Positions 1 through 9,669 of a stretch of DNA of 64,000 nt are shown one piece after another; the stretch's first letter is position 1; each line of letters starts with the position of its first letter. The notes beneath the pieces are model-generated. The model saw only the letters and a program-made list of their open reading frames with translations. It searched no databases and was not told the DNA's origin. Made by a program: the position numbers and the translations under genes. This stretch comes from an uncultured Candidatus Binatia bacterium. GTDB taxonomy: Bacteria; Desulfobacterota; Binatia; Bin18. Location: NCBI GenBank assembly GCA_965214755.1, contig OZ243979.1:1923251-1987250 (forward strand), in the 5' to 3' direction.

Positions 1-1623
1 GGCTCACGCTATATGGTCGTCACCAAGGGCGCGCTGACCAACGCCATTACCACCTCGAATTCCGGCGGCTTCTGGGGGCCGGAGATGAAATTCGCCGGCT
101 ATGACATGATTATTCTGGAGGGCAAGGCCGCGCAGCCGTCCTATCTGTGGATTTATGACGACCGGGTGGAACTGCGCGATGCGACCCACCTGTGGGGTAA
201 AACGGTCTGGCAGACAGAAGAAGCCCTGCGCGCCGAGCTCGGCGTGCCGGATACCATCATTGCCAGCATCGGCCCGGCCGGAGAAAACCTGGTGCGCTTT
301 GCCTGCATCATGAACGACCTGCACCGGGCCGCGGGCCGGTCCGGCGTGGGCGCGGTAATGGGCTCCAAGAATCTCAAGGCCATTGCCCTGCGTGGGACCG
401 GCGGCGTGTCTCTGGCGGACCCGCAGGCATATCTGGAAGGCCAGTGGGCTATGAAGGAAAAGCTGCGCCAGTCGCCCGTGACCGCCGAGGGTCTGCCCAT
501 GTACGGCACCGAAGTGCTGGTCAACGTGATTAACGAGCACGGCGCCCTGCCGACGCGTAACCACCAGCAGACCGTCTTCGATGAAGCCGAGAACATCAGC
601 GGCGAAACCCTGACCGAAACCCGTCTGGTCGCCAATAAGGCTTGTTTTTCCTGCACCATTGCCTGCGGGCGGGTCAGTACCCTGCCGGGCGAAGCTTCGT
701 CGAAATACTCGGTCACCACCAATCCGCAGAACTGGAAAATCGCCGGCGAAGGCCCCGAATACGAAGCGGCCTGGGCCATGGGCTCGGAATGCGGTGTGGG
801 CGACCTAGACGCGCTGATCAAAGCCAACTGGTTGTGTAACGACCTGGGTATGGATTCCATCAGTTTTGGGGCCAGCGTGGCTGCGGCCATGGAGTTGTTC
901 GAGAAGGGTGCGGTCAGCCAGGACCAGACCGAGATTCCGCTGGAGTTCGGCAGCGCCGAAGCCCTCATCGCTATGGCCGAGAAAACGGCCTATCGGCAGG
1001 GATTTGGCGATGCCGTGGCCGAAGGTTCCAAACGCATGACCGAAAATTTCGGTCGGCCAGAGTTCTTCATGGGCGTCCGCGGTCAGGAGTTTGCCGCGTA
1101 TGAAGCCCGCGCCATTCAGGGCATGGGCCTGGGCTATGCGACCTCCAATCGCGGGGCGTGTCACTTGAAAGCTTATACGGTTGCGGCCGAAATTCTGGGC
1201 CTGCCGCGGCAGATGGACCCGCGCGCCACAGAAGAGAAGGCCGAAATTACCAAAATCTTTCAGGACGCCACCTCGACCGTCGACGCTACCGGCCTGTGTC
1301 AATTCCTCACCTTCGGGGTTGGTCTGGAAGAGATGCTGCCCCAACTGTCGGCAGCCACGGGCGTGCCGTATACGCTAGAAGAACTGGTCCACATTGGAGA
1401 GCGTATCTGGAACCTGGAGCGACTGTGGAACGAACGGGCGGGCTTTACCGGCAAGGATGACACCCTGCCCAAGCGGATTCTGGAAGAGCCCATCCCGTCC
1501 GGTCCGGCCAAGGGCGAGGTCAACCGACTGGGTGAGATGCTGCCCGAGTATTACGAACTGCGAGGCTGGTATAAGGACGGTAAAATCTCCGAAGCAAAGA
1601 AGAAAGAGCTGGGGCTGGAGTAA
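1..1623 (+). CDS. Aldehyde:ferredoxin oxidoreductase (tungsten AOR family), 5' partial at the window edge
   Basis: 536-aa ORF open to position 1. AOR-family domains 2/3 are recognisable (e.g. GMDSISFG, NRGACHLK, EYYELRGW). A FAD oxidoreductase and a MoaD-like gene follow, as in aorBCD-type operons. Confidence 0.85.
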   Translation, partial: GSRYMVVTKGALTNAITTSNSGGFWGPEMKFAGYDMIILEGKAAQPSYLWIYDDRVELRDATHLWGKTVWQTEEALRAELGVPDTIIASIGPAGENLVRFACIMNDLHRAAGRSGVGAVMGSKNLKAIALRGTGGVSLADPQAYLEGQWAMKEKLRQSPVTAEGLPMYGTEVLVNVINEHGALPTRNHQQTVFDEAENISGETLTETRLVANKACFSCTIACGRVSTLPGEASSKYSVTTNPQNWKIAGEGPEYEAAWAMGSECGVGDLDALIKANWLCNDLGMDSISFGASVAAAMELFEKGAVSQDQTEIPLEFGSAEALIAMAEKTAYRQGFGDAVAEGSKRMTENFGRPEFFMGVRGQEFAAYEARAIQGMGLGYATSNRGACHLKAYTVAAEILGLPRQMDPRATEEKAEITKIFQDATSTVDATGLCQFLTFGVGLEEMLPQLSAATGVPYTLEELVHIGERIWNLERLWNERAGFTGKDDTLPKRILEEPIPSGPAKGEVNRLGEMLPEYYELRGWYKDGKISEAKKKELGLE

Positions 1624-1631
1624 ACCAGGCA

Positions 1632-2771
1632 ATGAAAAGTTTTTCAGCGGTCAGGCGGCGGACAGGGGTATTGGTCGGTATCGGAGTACTGTTGCTCATG
1701 GCCGGGTGTGGGCCGACGACCCGGGGTCATGGGGGTAGCAACAGGGTAGACCTGCTCAAGCCACAGACTCGTCAGTCTACTCTTGGTAAGCTTGCAAGTG
1801 GGATAGGCAATTTTGCATTCAACACCATTATGCCAAGTGAAGTCAAGCGGGCATTTGCCCCCCGCCAAGGTAATAACATGGCACAGATCACTAATCAGTT
1901 ATCTCAGATTGGTGAAGGTCTGACCGAACTTCATGAGTTGGCCGAACAGTTATATGCAGACCAGTCCCTAGACCCATCTGAGCGAGAGGAGAGGCGTAAA
2001 AAAGCAGTATTCCGGCTCGCTACGATGCGGAATCATTTTAATAATCTGCGTGTGCAAGCTGCCATGGCTCAAGGTGTAAATTATTCGGATGGTGCATGGG
2101 AATCAATTGCAGATGTGTTTGAGGATGTTGGTCAGAGATATCGTATCAGTAGTCAGTCGGTTAAAGACCTGGGTAAAGAATTGGAGGGGAGGACGGTAGT
2201 CTATCCTGGCCAGGGTAATCCATATGATGATCCCGAACAACGGCACCATAGGTGGACCTACCGTGATGGTGAATGGATACGTTTCACAAGCCCAGGTGAG
2301 GATACTCAATCTTCATTTGGAATGCTCGATGATAGATTTGTTATGGCGTTAGCATCTGCGAAGGCCCTTTATACGCATACTCTGACTGAGAAGGAAGCAA
2401 AAGACCTTTCTGCTAGAGGGGTCCCTGTGTTGGGTCGAACTGGTCCACGGCATGATGATGGCACGCAGATGTATGTATTCGATATGCGGAATAGTGCTGT
2501 CCGTGCTGAATTTTTTACTGGCCAGGAGGATCGAGGTCCGTCTATATCTATGGAGCCGACCACCGGACAGTCTTCTCCTACACCTAGTATTCAAGGGGAG
2601 CCAGAGTCAGAATATCAAGCTATCAGTAGTCCTGGTGATTTTAATGGTAATGCTATAAATGTGGCTCAACGTGTTGCTGTTACTGACCCGCAAAAGACGA
2701 GAACGGTAACCGATATAACGGCAAAATCACGACTTACCGAGACGGGCGTGTCCGCCACAAGGGGAAGGTGA
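1632..2771 (+). CDS. Hypothetical lipoprotein (signal peptide plus lipobox LLMAGC), lower GC than neighbours
   Basis: 379-aa ORF. N-terminus MKSFSAVRRRTGVLVGIGVLLLMAGCG resembles a lipoprotein signal. No recognisable domain. AT-richer codon usage than flanking AOR genes. Confidence 0.5.
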   Translation: MKSFSAVRRRTGVLVGIGVLLLMAGCGPTTRGHGGSNRVDLLKPQTRQSTLGKLASGIGNFAFNTIMPSEVKRAFAPRQGNNMAQITNQLSQIGEGLTELHELAEQLYADQSLDPSEREERRKKAVFRLATMRNHFNNLRVQAAMAQGVNYSDGAWESIADVFEDVGQRYRISSQSVKDLGKELEGRTVVYPGQGNPYDDPEQRHHRWTYRDGEWIRFTSPGEDTQSSFGMLDDRFVMALASAKALYTHTLTEKEAKDLSARGVPVLGRTGPRHDDGTQMYVFDMRNSAVRAEFFTGQEDRGPSISMEPTTGQSSPTPSIQGEPESEYQAISSPGDFNGNAINVAQRVAVTDPQKTRTVTDITAKSRLTETGVSATRGR

Positions 2772-2825
2772 ACGACAAGAAGTTCAAATACGAAAGTTGG
2801 TAGAGTCCTGGAAGGAACACACGTC

Positions 2826-4256
2826 ATGGCACAACACATCATTATTGGAGGGGGACCGGCCGGGGTGGCCGCGGCGGAAACGATCCGGGCAACCGCAGGC
2901 CCTGAGGCGAAGATTACGCTCATCTCCAATGAGCCAGCCTACTCGCGCATGGTCCTGCCCTACTACTTGGCGAACGACATTCCGGAGCGGCATGTGCTGA
3001 CCGGAGACGCGGCCTATTTTGGACAACACGGCATTACATCCGTGTTGGGCCAGGTCGAGAAAGTCGATACCCAGGCCCGCACCGTCACACTTGGTGACGG
3101 CTCAAGCCACGCCTTTGATACCCTCCTCATCGCGACCGGCTCTTCGGCCCAGCGTCCGCCCATTGCCGGCATCGACCAGGAAGGCGTGTACACCTTCTGG
3201 ACGCTCGAAGACGCAAAACAGGTCATGGCGAAAGCACAGGGAACGCCCAAGGCGGTGCTCATTGGCGCCGGCTTTATCGGTTTTATCGTCTTGAACGCCA
3301 TGGCCAAGCTGGGCTGGAACCTCTCGGTGGTCGAAACCGAAGCCCAGGTCTTACCGCGCATGCTCGACGCCACCGGCGCGCAAGCGGTCGAAGGCTGGCT
3401 GACCAGCCAGACTGTAGCCGTTCATACCGGCGCGCGAGTCCAAAGCATTAGCCATGAAGGCGAGGCTCTCAGCCTGTCGCTGAGCAACGGTGCTAGCCTG
3501 AGTGCGGATATCGTCATTTTGGCCACGGGCATTCAGCCCAACCTGGGCTTTCTCAACGGCTCCGGCATCCACGTTGACGGTGGCATTGTGGTTGACGACC
3601 GCATGCAGACCAATATCCCCGGCATCTATGCGGCCGGTGATGTTGCCGCCGGGCCGGACCTGCTGAACGGCTCGTCCGCAGTGCACGCGATTCAACCAAC
3701 GGCCGTGGATCACGGTCGGATTGCCGGCGCAAATATGGCCGGCCAAGAGACGCACTATCCGGGCAGCCTGCTGCTCAACGTGTTGGACGTCATCAATCTG
3801 CACTGCGCCAGCTTTGGCCAGTGGCGGACGGATGCGAATGAGGCGATCACCACCGTCTGGAACCCGACGCGCCCGCTTTATCGCAAATACGTCTGGGACG
3901 GCGATCGCATGGTCGGGGCGCTGTTTGTTGGACCGATTGACGATGTCACCATGCTAAACGATGTCGGTATGGTCAAAGGGCTCATTCAGACACGGCAAGC
4001 CATGGGAAACTGGGCGGACTACGTCAAAGAGAACCCGACCGATGTACGCCGTGCCTATGTCGCCACCGGAACCGCGCACAAACTGGTCAGTCACACCCTC
4101 TTGGGCGCGCCGGCCACAGCGCGCGCCTATCGGGTGGACGGGAAGACACCCCCGGCCTGGCAGAAAGGTTCGCACGCCCCGCTTATCGGCTCTCGCCCGG
4201 ACGCGCTGGATACGCTTCCACGGACACCGACACCAGGCATTGAAAAGGGTGAATAA
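2826..4256 (+). CDS. FAD-dependent pyridine nucleotide-disulfide oxidoreductase (AorC-like electron-transfer subunit)
   Basis: N-terminal GGGPAG dinucleotide-binding motif and a second Rossmann (GAGFIG). Sits between the AOR and MoaD-like genes. Confidence 0.8.
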   Translation: MAQHIIIGGGPAGVAAAETIRATAGPEAKITLISNEPAYSRMVLPYYLANDIPERHVLTGDAAYFGQHGITSVLGQVEKVDTQARTVTLGDGSSHAFDTLLIATGSSAQRPPIAGIDQEGVYTFWTLEDAKQVMAKAQGTPKAVLIGAGFIGFIVLNAMAKLGWNLSVVETEAQVLPRMLDATGAQAVEGWLTSQTVAVHTGARVQSISHEGEALSLSLSNGASLSADIVILATGIQPNLGFLNGSGIHVDGGIVVDDRMQTNIPGIYAAGDVAAGPDLLNGSSAVHAIQPTAVDHGRIAGANMAGQETHYPGSLLLNVLDVINLHCASFGQWRTDANEAITTVWNPTRPLYRKYVWDGDRMVGALFVGPIDDVTMLNDVGMVKGLIQTRQAMGNWADYVKENPTDVRRAYVATGTAHKLVSHTLLGAPATARAYRVDGKTPPAWQKGSHAPLIGSRPDALDTLPRTPTPGIEKGE

Positions 4257-4259
4257 TCG

Positions 4260-4505
4260 ATGCAGGTTAGCATCAAACTCTTTGCCAATCTTCGGAAAAA
4301 ACTACCCAAAGGCTCTATGGGGAAAGCCACGCTTGATCTCGCGGATCAGGCAACGATTAATGATCTGATTCATCACCTTGACATTCCTCTCGACCTGGCC
4401 CAAATGGTCCTGGTCAACGGTGAGCAAACCCGGGCGTTCGATCAGGCGCTTACGGATGGCGACCAGGTCAGCATCTTTCCGCCGGTGGCCGGTGGGAGCG
4501 AGTGA
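4260..4505 (+). CDS. MoaD/ThiS-family small beta-grasp protein (AorD-like)
   Basis: 81 aa. C-terminal PPVAGGSE, i.e. a GG motif followed by a 2-aa tail. SD sequence upstream. Follows the FAD subunit. Confidence 0.7.
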   Translation: MQVSIKLFANLRKKLPKGSMGKATLDLADQATINDLIHHLDIPLDLAQMVLVNGEQTRAFDQALTDGDQVSIFPPVAGGSE

Positions 4506-4586
4506 AACGTCTGACGTGAAAAGGCGGTCGAACCGTTTCTATAATCTGATTTTTCACTGCCTGCCTTCCCTCAGCCAGTACACCCC

Positions 4587-6326
4587 TCAGCGGGGAATAA
4601 TCGGCAGCACCACATGCGAGGGATGCGCCTCGTCATGAAACACGCGCTGGAGAGCCGGCTCTAAGCGACTGGCCTCACCGCTGGCCTCGCCAGTTTGCGG
4701 ATTGCGATCAAAACGCGGAAAGTTTGCGCTGGCAACTTCAAGCCGAATGCGATGCCCGGCCTTGAAGACATTGCTGGTTGCCCACACGTCTAGCGTAAAC
4801 GCGTAGACCTCACCGGGCTGGAGGAGCGTGGCCTGGGCTTTCGAGGTCCGATAGCGGCCACGAATGATGCCGTCCGTCAGGTTCTGCGCGTATCCTTCGG
4901 GATGCACATCCACCAGCTTGGCCGTAAAATCCGTATCAACCGCGCTGGTCGCCGCATACAGCGTCACCGTGACCGGCCCGGTGACCTCGACATCCTGCTC
5001 AAGGACGGGGGTGGTATACACCAGCACGTCTTCCCGCTCTTCCACGGAACGCTGATCGAACGCCCCGCCAGGAACGGCCGCCGGCCAGCAACATAGCCCG
5101 CCGCCTTTGGTCGGAACGGGGTGACGCGGGTCGGAAACGAAGATGTCCACCGGCTCGCTGCGCGGAGCCTCGGGGCTCAGGCCGCCATCCCCGTGCAGGC
5201 CGTTCGCCTTACCGGCGCTGTGCAAATAGTATGGCGTGTACTGCGTCCGAGCCAGTGGCCATTCGTTCTCATTCCGCCACGCATTCTCGCCCATGACAAA
5301 AATACGCACCCGCGGCTCTTCCAGCAGGCCGTTCTGTTTGCCTTTGAGCCAGTAGTCAAACCAGCGCAAGTGCAGCCCGTCCAGGCCCGCGGCCAGTTGC
5401 GTCGTTGAGAGCCCAAAATTTGCCTCACCCACAACATTGTTCAGCGGGAGCGCATGATGCCACGGACCGATAACGAGCTTTTGACCGTCGCGGGCCTCCG
5501 GCGTAGCACCGCGCTCGCGCATACCCAGATAATTGCGGATCGTGCCCCCCAGGAAGATGTCGTACCAGCCGCCGACATTACAGGCCGGAACGGGAATCGT
5601 GTCATGCCGGTTTTCGATATTGAACTGCGCCCAGTAGTCGTCGTCATCAGGATGTGCCACCCAGTCGTAAAAGTACGGTGCAGACTTCTGAAAGAATGGA
5701 AAATCCGTGAGCGGCAGGTGACGAAAAGCCTCACACATGTCGTCGATCCCGGACAGAAGCTGTCCCACGTCGTCCCGCAGCTCAGGCTGTTCTTTCGCCA
5801 GACGCATGGCCGTATCGGGCGCCAGACCGGTCATGGTCCAGCTTGCGTTAAACCCCAGCGCAAAGGCCCCGCCCTGATACGTCCAGCCTTCGTGATAATC
5901 GGAGGCCGTAATCAGCGGGAAGATCGCTTTCAAATGGGGCGGCTGGCTCAGCGCGGCCAACCATTGGGTGGCCCCGACGTAGGACGCACCATACATACCC
6001 ACATTGCCGTCTGACCACGGCTGCACGCCACACCACTCAACCGTGTCATAGCCGTCGGCTATATCATCGCGAAAGGTGTAAAACTCGCCGTCCGATGCGT
6101 AGCGTCCCCGCGAGTCCTGGATAACAACGGCATAGCCCTCACTAGCGGTTCGGATAACATCAAGCATGAGCATGGCTATCGTCGTCAGCCCCTTGTCGTA
6201 CGGGGTCCGCTGCAAGATAACCGGATGCCTTCCCGTTGCCGGACGATAGACATCGGCGCGCAGCAGCGTGCCGTCCCGCATGGGGACGGCCACATCTCTT
6301 TCAACCGTCAGAGTAGACTCGCTCAT
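4587..6326 (-). CDS. CocE/NonD family hydrolase (S15 X-Pro dipeptidyl-peptidase-like)
   Basis: About 580 aa. CocE/NonD hallmarks (PYDKG; GxSYxG-like MYGASYVG). Start moved to MSESTL, which has an AGGAGG SD. Confidence 0.8.
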   Translation of the reverse strand: MSESTLTVERDVAVPMRDGTLLRADVYRPATGRHPVILQRTPYDKGLTTIAMLMLDVIRTASEGYAVVIQDSRGRYASDGEFYTFRDDIADGYDTVEWCGVQPWSDGNVGMYGASYVGATQWLAALSQPPHLKAIFPLITASDYHEGWTYQGGAFALGFNASWTMTGLAPDTAMRLAKEQPELRDDVGQLLSGIDDMCEAFRHLPLTDFPFFQKSAPYFYDWVAHPDDDDYWAQFNIENRHDTIPVPACNVGGWYDIFLGGTIRNYLGMRERGATPEARDGQKLVIGPWHHALPLNNVVGEANFGLSTTQLAAGLDGLHLRWFDYWLKGKQNGLLEEPRVRIFVMGENAWRNENEWPLARTQYTPYYLHSAGKANGLHGDGGLSPEAPRSEPVDIFVSDPRHPVPTKGGGLCCWPAAVPGGAFDQRSVEEREDVLVYTTPVLEQDVEVTGPVTVTLYAATSAVDTDFTAKLVDVHPEGYAQNLTDGIIRGRYRTSKAQATLLQPGEVYAFTLDVWATSNVFKAGHRIRLEVASANFPRFDRNPQTGEASGEASRLEPALQRVFHDEAHPSHVVLPIIPR

Positions 6327-6336
6327 ACTCACCTCC

Positions 6337-7278
6337 TTAATTTCCCGACACGCTATCGACCTGTCCGAACAGTGCGGCCAGTCGCTCACAGTCCACCAAC
6401 GGCAGCGGTTCTTTGAGCAGCGCGGTTATATTTTCTTTGAGATGCTCGACGCTACCGGTGCCGGTCAGGACGCTATCCATACCGGGCTCATGCCGGCAGT
6501 AGCGGTAGGCGGCCTCGGGGATAGTCTCGGCTTTTCCCGTGTCAGTCAGAAAACCAAGCAGGTCCGGTGTCTCACACAGGGCGGGGTCGACTTGGTTTCT
6601 ATCTCTGAGCTCGGCCAGAATCTTTTTCAGATGAGCCGGTCGGCTGAGCGCGTTCCGCACGGCGAACATGCCCATGGTCCCCATGTTCTTGGCCTGGGTG
6701 TGCGGAAACACCCGCTGACGGGCAGATTGGTTGAGCAGATTGAAGCCGACCATCACTACATCCCAGCAGTCATCTTCCAGAGCCCGTTTGAGCATGGCGT
6801 GCTGCGGGTCGGGAATAAACGCCTCGGTCACGCCAAGAAAGCGGACCTTGCCCTCCTCGCGCAACCGGGCCAGCACGGGAGCGAACGTACCGTGCGCATA
6901 TTGATATTGCTCGGGTCGCACCCCGTGGAGATAGAACACGTCCACATAGTCGGTCTGTAGGCGTTTGAGGCTGTGTTCCACGCCACGCCGCAGCTCTCCG
7001 CTTGGGTCGTCGCCCTCAGGGGCCGGACACAGCTTTTTAGTGGAAATCACCACTTGGTCGCGGCCAACGTCCTGTATCGCCTTGCCGACAATACGCTCCG
7101 TCCCATACGCCTCAGCCGTATCGATGAGGTTGATACCCAAGTCTAAGGCGTGCCTGACAACGCTAATGGATTCCTGCTCGGTTTTGCCCGTTTTCTGTCC
7201 CAGCCGGCTGTGGCCGCCGCACCCAAGGCCGGCCACACTGACTCTGAGGCCGGTCCGTCCGAGGGTCGTGTATTGCAT
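6337..7278 (-). CDS. Aldo/keto reductase
   Basis: MQYTTLGRTGLRVSVAGLGCG, IDTAEAYG and similar AKR motifs. Start taken at MQY rather than the far-upstream M of the listed ORF. Confidence 0.8.
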   Translation of the reverse strand: MQYTTLGRTGLRVSVAGLGCGGHSRLGQKTGKTEQESISVVRHALDLGINLIDTAEAYGTERIVGKAIQDVGRDQVVISTKKLCPAPEGDDPSGELRRGVEHSLKRLQTDYVDVFYLHGVRPEQYQYAHGTFAPVLARLREEGKVRFLGVTEAFIPDPQHAMLKRALEDDCWDVVMVGFNLLNQSARQRVFPHTQAKNMGTMGMFAVRNALSRPAHLKKILAELRDRNQVDPALCETPDLLGFLTDTGKAETIPEAAYRYCRHEPGMDSVLTGTGSVEHLKENITALLKEPLPLVDCERLAALFGQVDSVSGN

Positions 7279-7548
7279 GGCTCTCTTCTCCGGGCAGTGC
7301 CCGCCCGTCCTCCAGATCGCACTCTGTTTCATAGGGGCTAGCGGACCGTATTTCAACACCTTGAGTCCTGCTCCAAGAGCCTGCTCCGCCGCCCATACCG
7401 TATTTGATGCAAGCACCCTCACGGGTAGCCCGTCCGGACTCTCTATGTCTATACCAACCGTCAGCGGCGTCCTCTTGCTTTTCGGTCGGTCCGGCGCTAT
7501 GGCGAGGAGAACGGTTGAGTCATCCACACCAAAGGAAGGGAGTCACAC

Positions 7549-7971
7549 ATGGCGAATAAAGATTTTGAGGTCAAACAAATTCTCAAGGCATATCGGCAAG
7601 GGCTGATCTCAGACGAACTCTTTGCAGAACAGATGCAAGAACTTGGGGGCAACGGCGCGACGGGCGGGCTTGATGTGGCCAATGTTTTTGACCACCGGGG
7701 GAGTGAGGTCGCTAAGCTACAGGAAACTCCGCTGAGTCAAACCGTGGCCTTCACGCTGCCGGCCGGCTATAGCAACGACACCGAGAATACCCACAAGGGC
7801 GACCAGATCATTTATGTCGTCGAGGGCTGTGCAACCGCCAAGGTGTCCGGCAAAGAGCAGGACATCAAAGCCGGTGATGTGCTCATGATTCCGGCCGGCG
7901 CTCCACATACGCTCCGGACCGGGAACGAATCGTTCTTTGGCTTTACGATCCTGGCGCCGCCTGAACTGTAG
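7549..7971 (+). CDS. Cupin domain protein with SHOCT-like N-terminal segment
   Basis: 140 aa. Cupin motifs (G(D)xxxIP...H). N-terminal KAYRQGLISDELFAEQMQEL. Confidence 0.6.
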   Translation: MANKDFEVKQILKAYRQGLISDELFAEQMQELGGNGATGGLDVANVFDHRGSEVAKLQETPLSQTVAFTLPAGYSNDTENTHKGDQIIYVVEGCATAKVSGKEQDIKAGDVLMIPAGAPHTLRTGNESFFGFTILAPPEL

Positions 7972-8025
7972 CCACTCTCGGACGACCTCTTCGGCAATAC
8001 CGGGGGGCGCAGCCTGCTGCGTCCC

Positions 8026-8649
8026 CTACGCCAACGCCTGGATCACCTCATCCGACGTACACACCGTCGTCAGCCCTCCCAGGGCTGCGCCTAGAATCAC
8101 CCCATGGGCTTCTTCGGTCGTAGCCGCACAGCAATCTTCGGGAATGAAGATATGATAGCCACGGTCAGTCCCGTCCCGGGCTGTGCCTTCGACGACGCCA
8201 TCTGTGGCGATGCCGGTCAGCACCAGGTGGGTGCGCCCTTGGGAATTGAGAATGGCTTCCAAAGGACTGGCGTAAAAGGAACTCACCCGCGTTTTGGTAA
8301 TCACCAAGTCTTCCGGCTCGGGGGTAAGGTCGACATGGATATCAGCTCCCCACGTCCCGTCCTGCAAGGCTTCCGTTTGCTTGATCACCTGAAAGACCTT
8401 TACGTGCTCCAGTAAGTCGGAGTAATCCGACCGGTAGGCATGTCGAACATGGATGATCGGCACCTTAGCCGTCCTCCCCGCGGCAGCCAGGGCGCTGATA
8501 TTTCCCAAGATGTTCTTTTCCTTAATAAGCCTAGGCATAGCCCCGCCAGTGAGGTGCCCGCCCAATTTACCGTCTTCATGCACAATATCGTTTTGGCAGT
8601 CCATCACCAGAATAGCGGTTTTCTCTTTTGGCAACGTGAACTCACTCAT
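8026..8649 (-). CDS. Isochorismatase-family cysteine hydrolase
   Basis: 207 aa. The D...K...C catalytic arrangement typical of isochorismatase-like hydrolases (ILVMDCQND, GIATDGCV-like). Confidence 0.8.
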   Translation of the reverse strand: MSEFTLPKEKTAILVMDCQNDIVHEDGKLGGHLTGGAMPRLIKEKNILGNISALAAAGRTAKVPIIHVRHAYRSDYSDLLEHVKVFQVIKQTEALQDGTWGADIHVDLTPEPEDLVITKTRVSSFYASPLEAILNSQGRTHLVLTGIATDGVVEGTARDGTDRGYHIFIPEDCCAATTEEAHGVILGAALGGLTTVCTSDEVIQALA

Positions 8650-8764
8650 ACGACTCTCCTCCTTTTTGCGCCCTATAGTGTATCCGGCGCGTTCACTTTC
8701 ACTTCATATCCATATCACATCGTTTCAGATTGACAGACCAAGACGTCCTCTATCTAATCGCGGC
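8646..8764. repeat. 119-bp direct repeat copy A (promoter/RBS/ATG of the isochorismatase gene)
   Basis: About 90% identical to 11164-11282. Contains GGAGGA and the ATG (minus strand) of the isochorismatase gene. Confidence 0.85.
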
Positions 8765-8936
8765 AGTCGCGCTGGGTCTCGGCGCGGACCTGCTGGAGCG
8801 AGGGCTCGGGCAGGAAGATATTCTGATGGGTTTGCACTTTGACGACATCCGAGCGGCTATCTGAGATAGCTGACTGGTGAGCTGCGCAACTCGCCAGGAG
8901 CAGGGCGAGGAGTATACAGAGCGGCACTTTTTGCAT
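8754..8936 (-). CDS. Small putative lipoprotein
   Basis: 60-aa ORF from internal Met. MQKVPLCILLALLLASCAAHQ carries a lipobox-like LASC. Confidence 0.35.
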   Translation of the reverse strand: MQKVPLCILLALLLASCAAHQSAISDSRSDVVKVQTHQNIFLPEPSLQQVRAETQRDCRD

Positions 8937-8951
8937 AGACAGTTTCCATCC

Positions 8952-9005
8952 TGACGCGGCGGAAGCGGGCAATGTGTTGACGCAGAGCAAAGGAATCGGA
9001 GGAAT
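8952..9005 (+). promoter_or_regulatory. Repeated promoter (TTGACG) plus RBS (GGAGG) plus GTG module, copy 1
   Basis: Near-identical to 9594-9669, apart from a 23-nt insertion in copy 2. A TTGAC box, then GGAGG followed 7 nt later by GTG. Confidence 0.45.
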
Positions 9006-9115
9006 CCTGGTGGGGCCTAGCTCATGGCGACGTGTCGGGGAGTTCAACCGGAAAGGCCGTTGTTCGTCGCTCCCGACGTTGACCCACCATCATTTTATTT
9101 GGAGGATGAGACATC

Positions 9116-9586
9116 ATGAAACAATGGAAGGACTTGGCCCCGCATCAGGTGAGCCGCGTGGGAAGAGCACTTGTGGCGGACGAACTCAACCGCCGGGGTT
9201 GCCCTGGCCACCCTGACAAACACCACGCGCGTGGCTGTTGTGGCCATGCATCCGGATACTAGCCGTACGGTTAACATTCTGGTCAAGACCAAAAGATTCA
9301 AGGTGTGGCAGTGGAATATCGACAAAGCCGAAGCCGAGCAGCAGGCTCCGGAGGACGATTTCCTCATCCTCGTGGACCTTCAGCCGTCGGAGCCAGCCTA
9401 TTATATCGTGCGGCTCCGGGATGCCGCCAAGAGGAAGGTGGAGGTTCATAACGCCTGGCTAAAGAGCATCGGGGGCCGCCGGCCCCAACACTCCAGACTC
9501 CAAGCACACCGCGATCCCGGTGGAAGATGTGGAAGCGGGCAAGGATGCCTGGGGCATACTGGGTGTGATTCCAGACGCGGATTGAC
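9116..9586 (+). pseudogene. Hypothetical protein gene, apparently frameshifted at G/C runs
   Basis: MKQWKDLAPHQVSRVGRALVADELNRRG continues in the -1 frame as ...VAVVAMHPDTSRTVNILVKTKRFKVWQWNIDK.... A plausible C-terminus (...IPVEDVEAGKDAWGILGVIPDAD*) lies in a third frame. Confidence 0.35.
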
Positions 9587-9593
9587 GAAGAGC

Positions 9594-9669
9594 GAAGCGG
9601 GCAATGTGTTGATACAGAAAAGATGGGGATATCATACGATGCAAAGGAATCGGAGGAATCCTAGTGGGG
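9594..9669 (+). promoter_or_regulatory. Repeated promoter/RBS/GTG module, copy 2, driving the 9664 ORF
   Basis: TTGATA...GGAGGAATCCTAGTG. The GTG at 9664 is the start of the secreted ORF. Confidence 0.45.

Noticed and set aside
153-1344. Long antisense ORFs (153-968 minus, 805-1344 minus) inside the AOR gene, and similar ORFs opposite other high-GC genes
   Set aside because: Typical spurious open frames of GC-rich DNA. Amino-acid composition is Arg/Ala/Pro-rich with no domain signal. The sense-strand gene has a clear family assignment.
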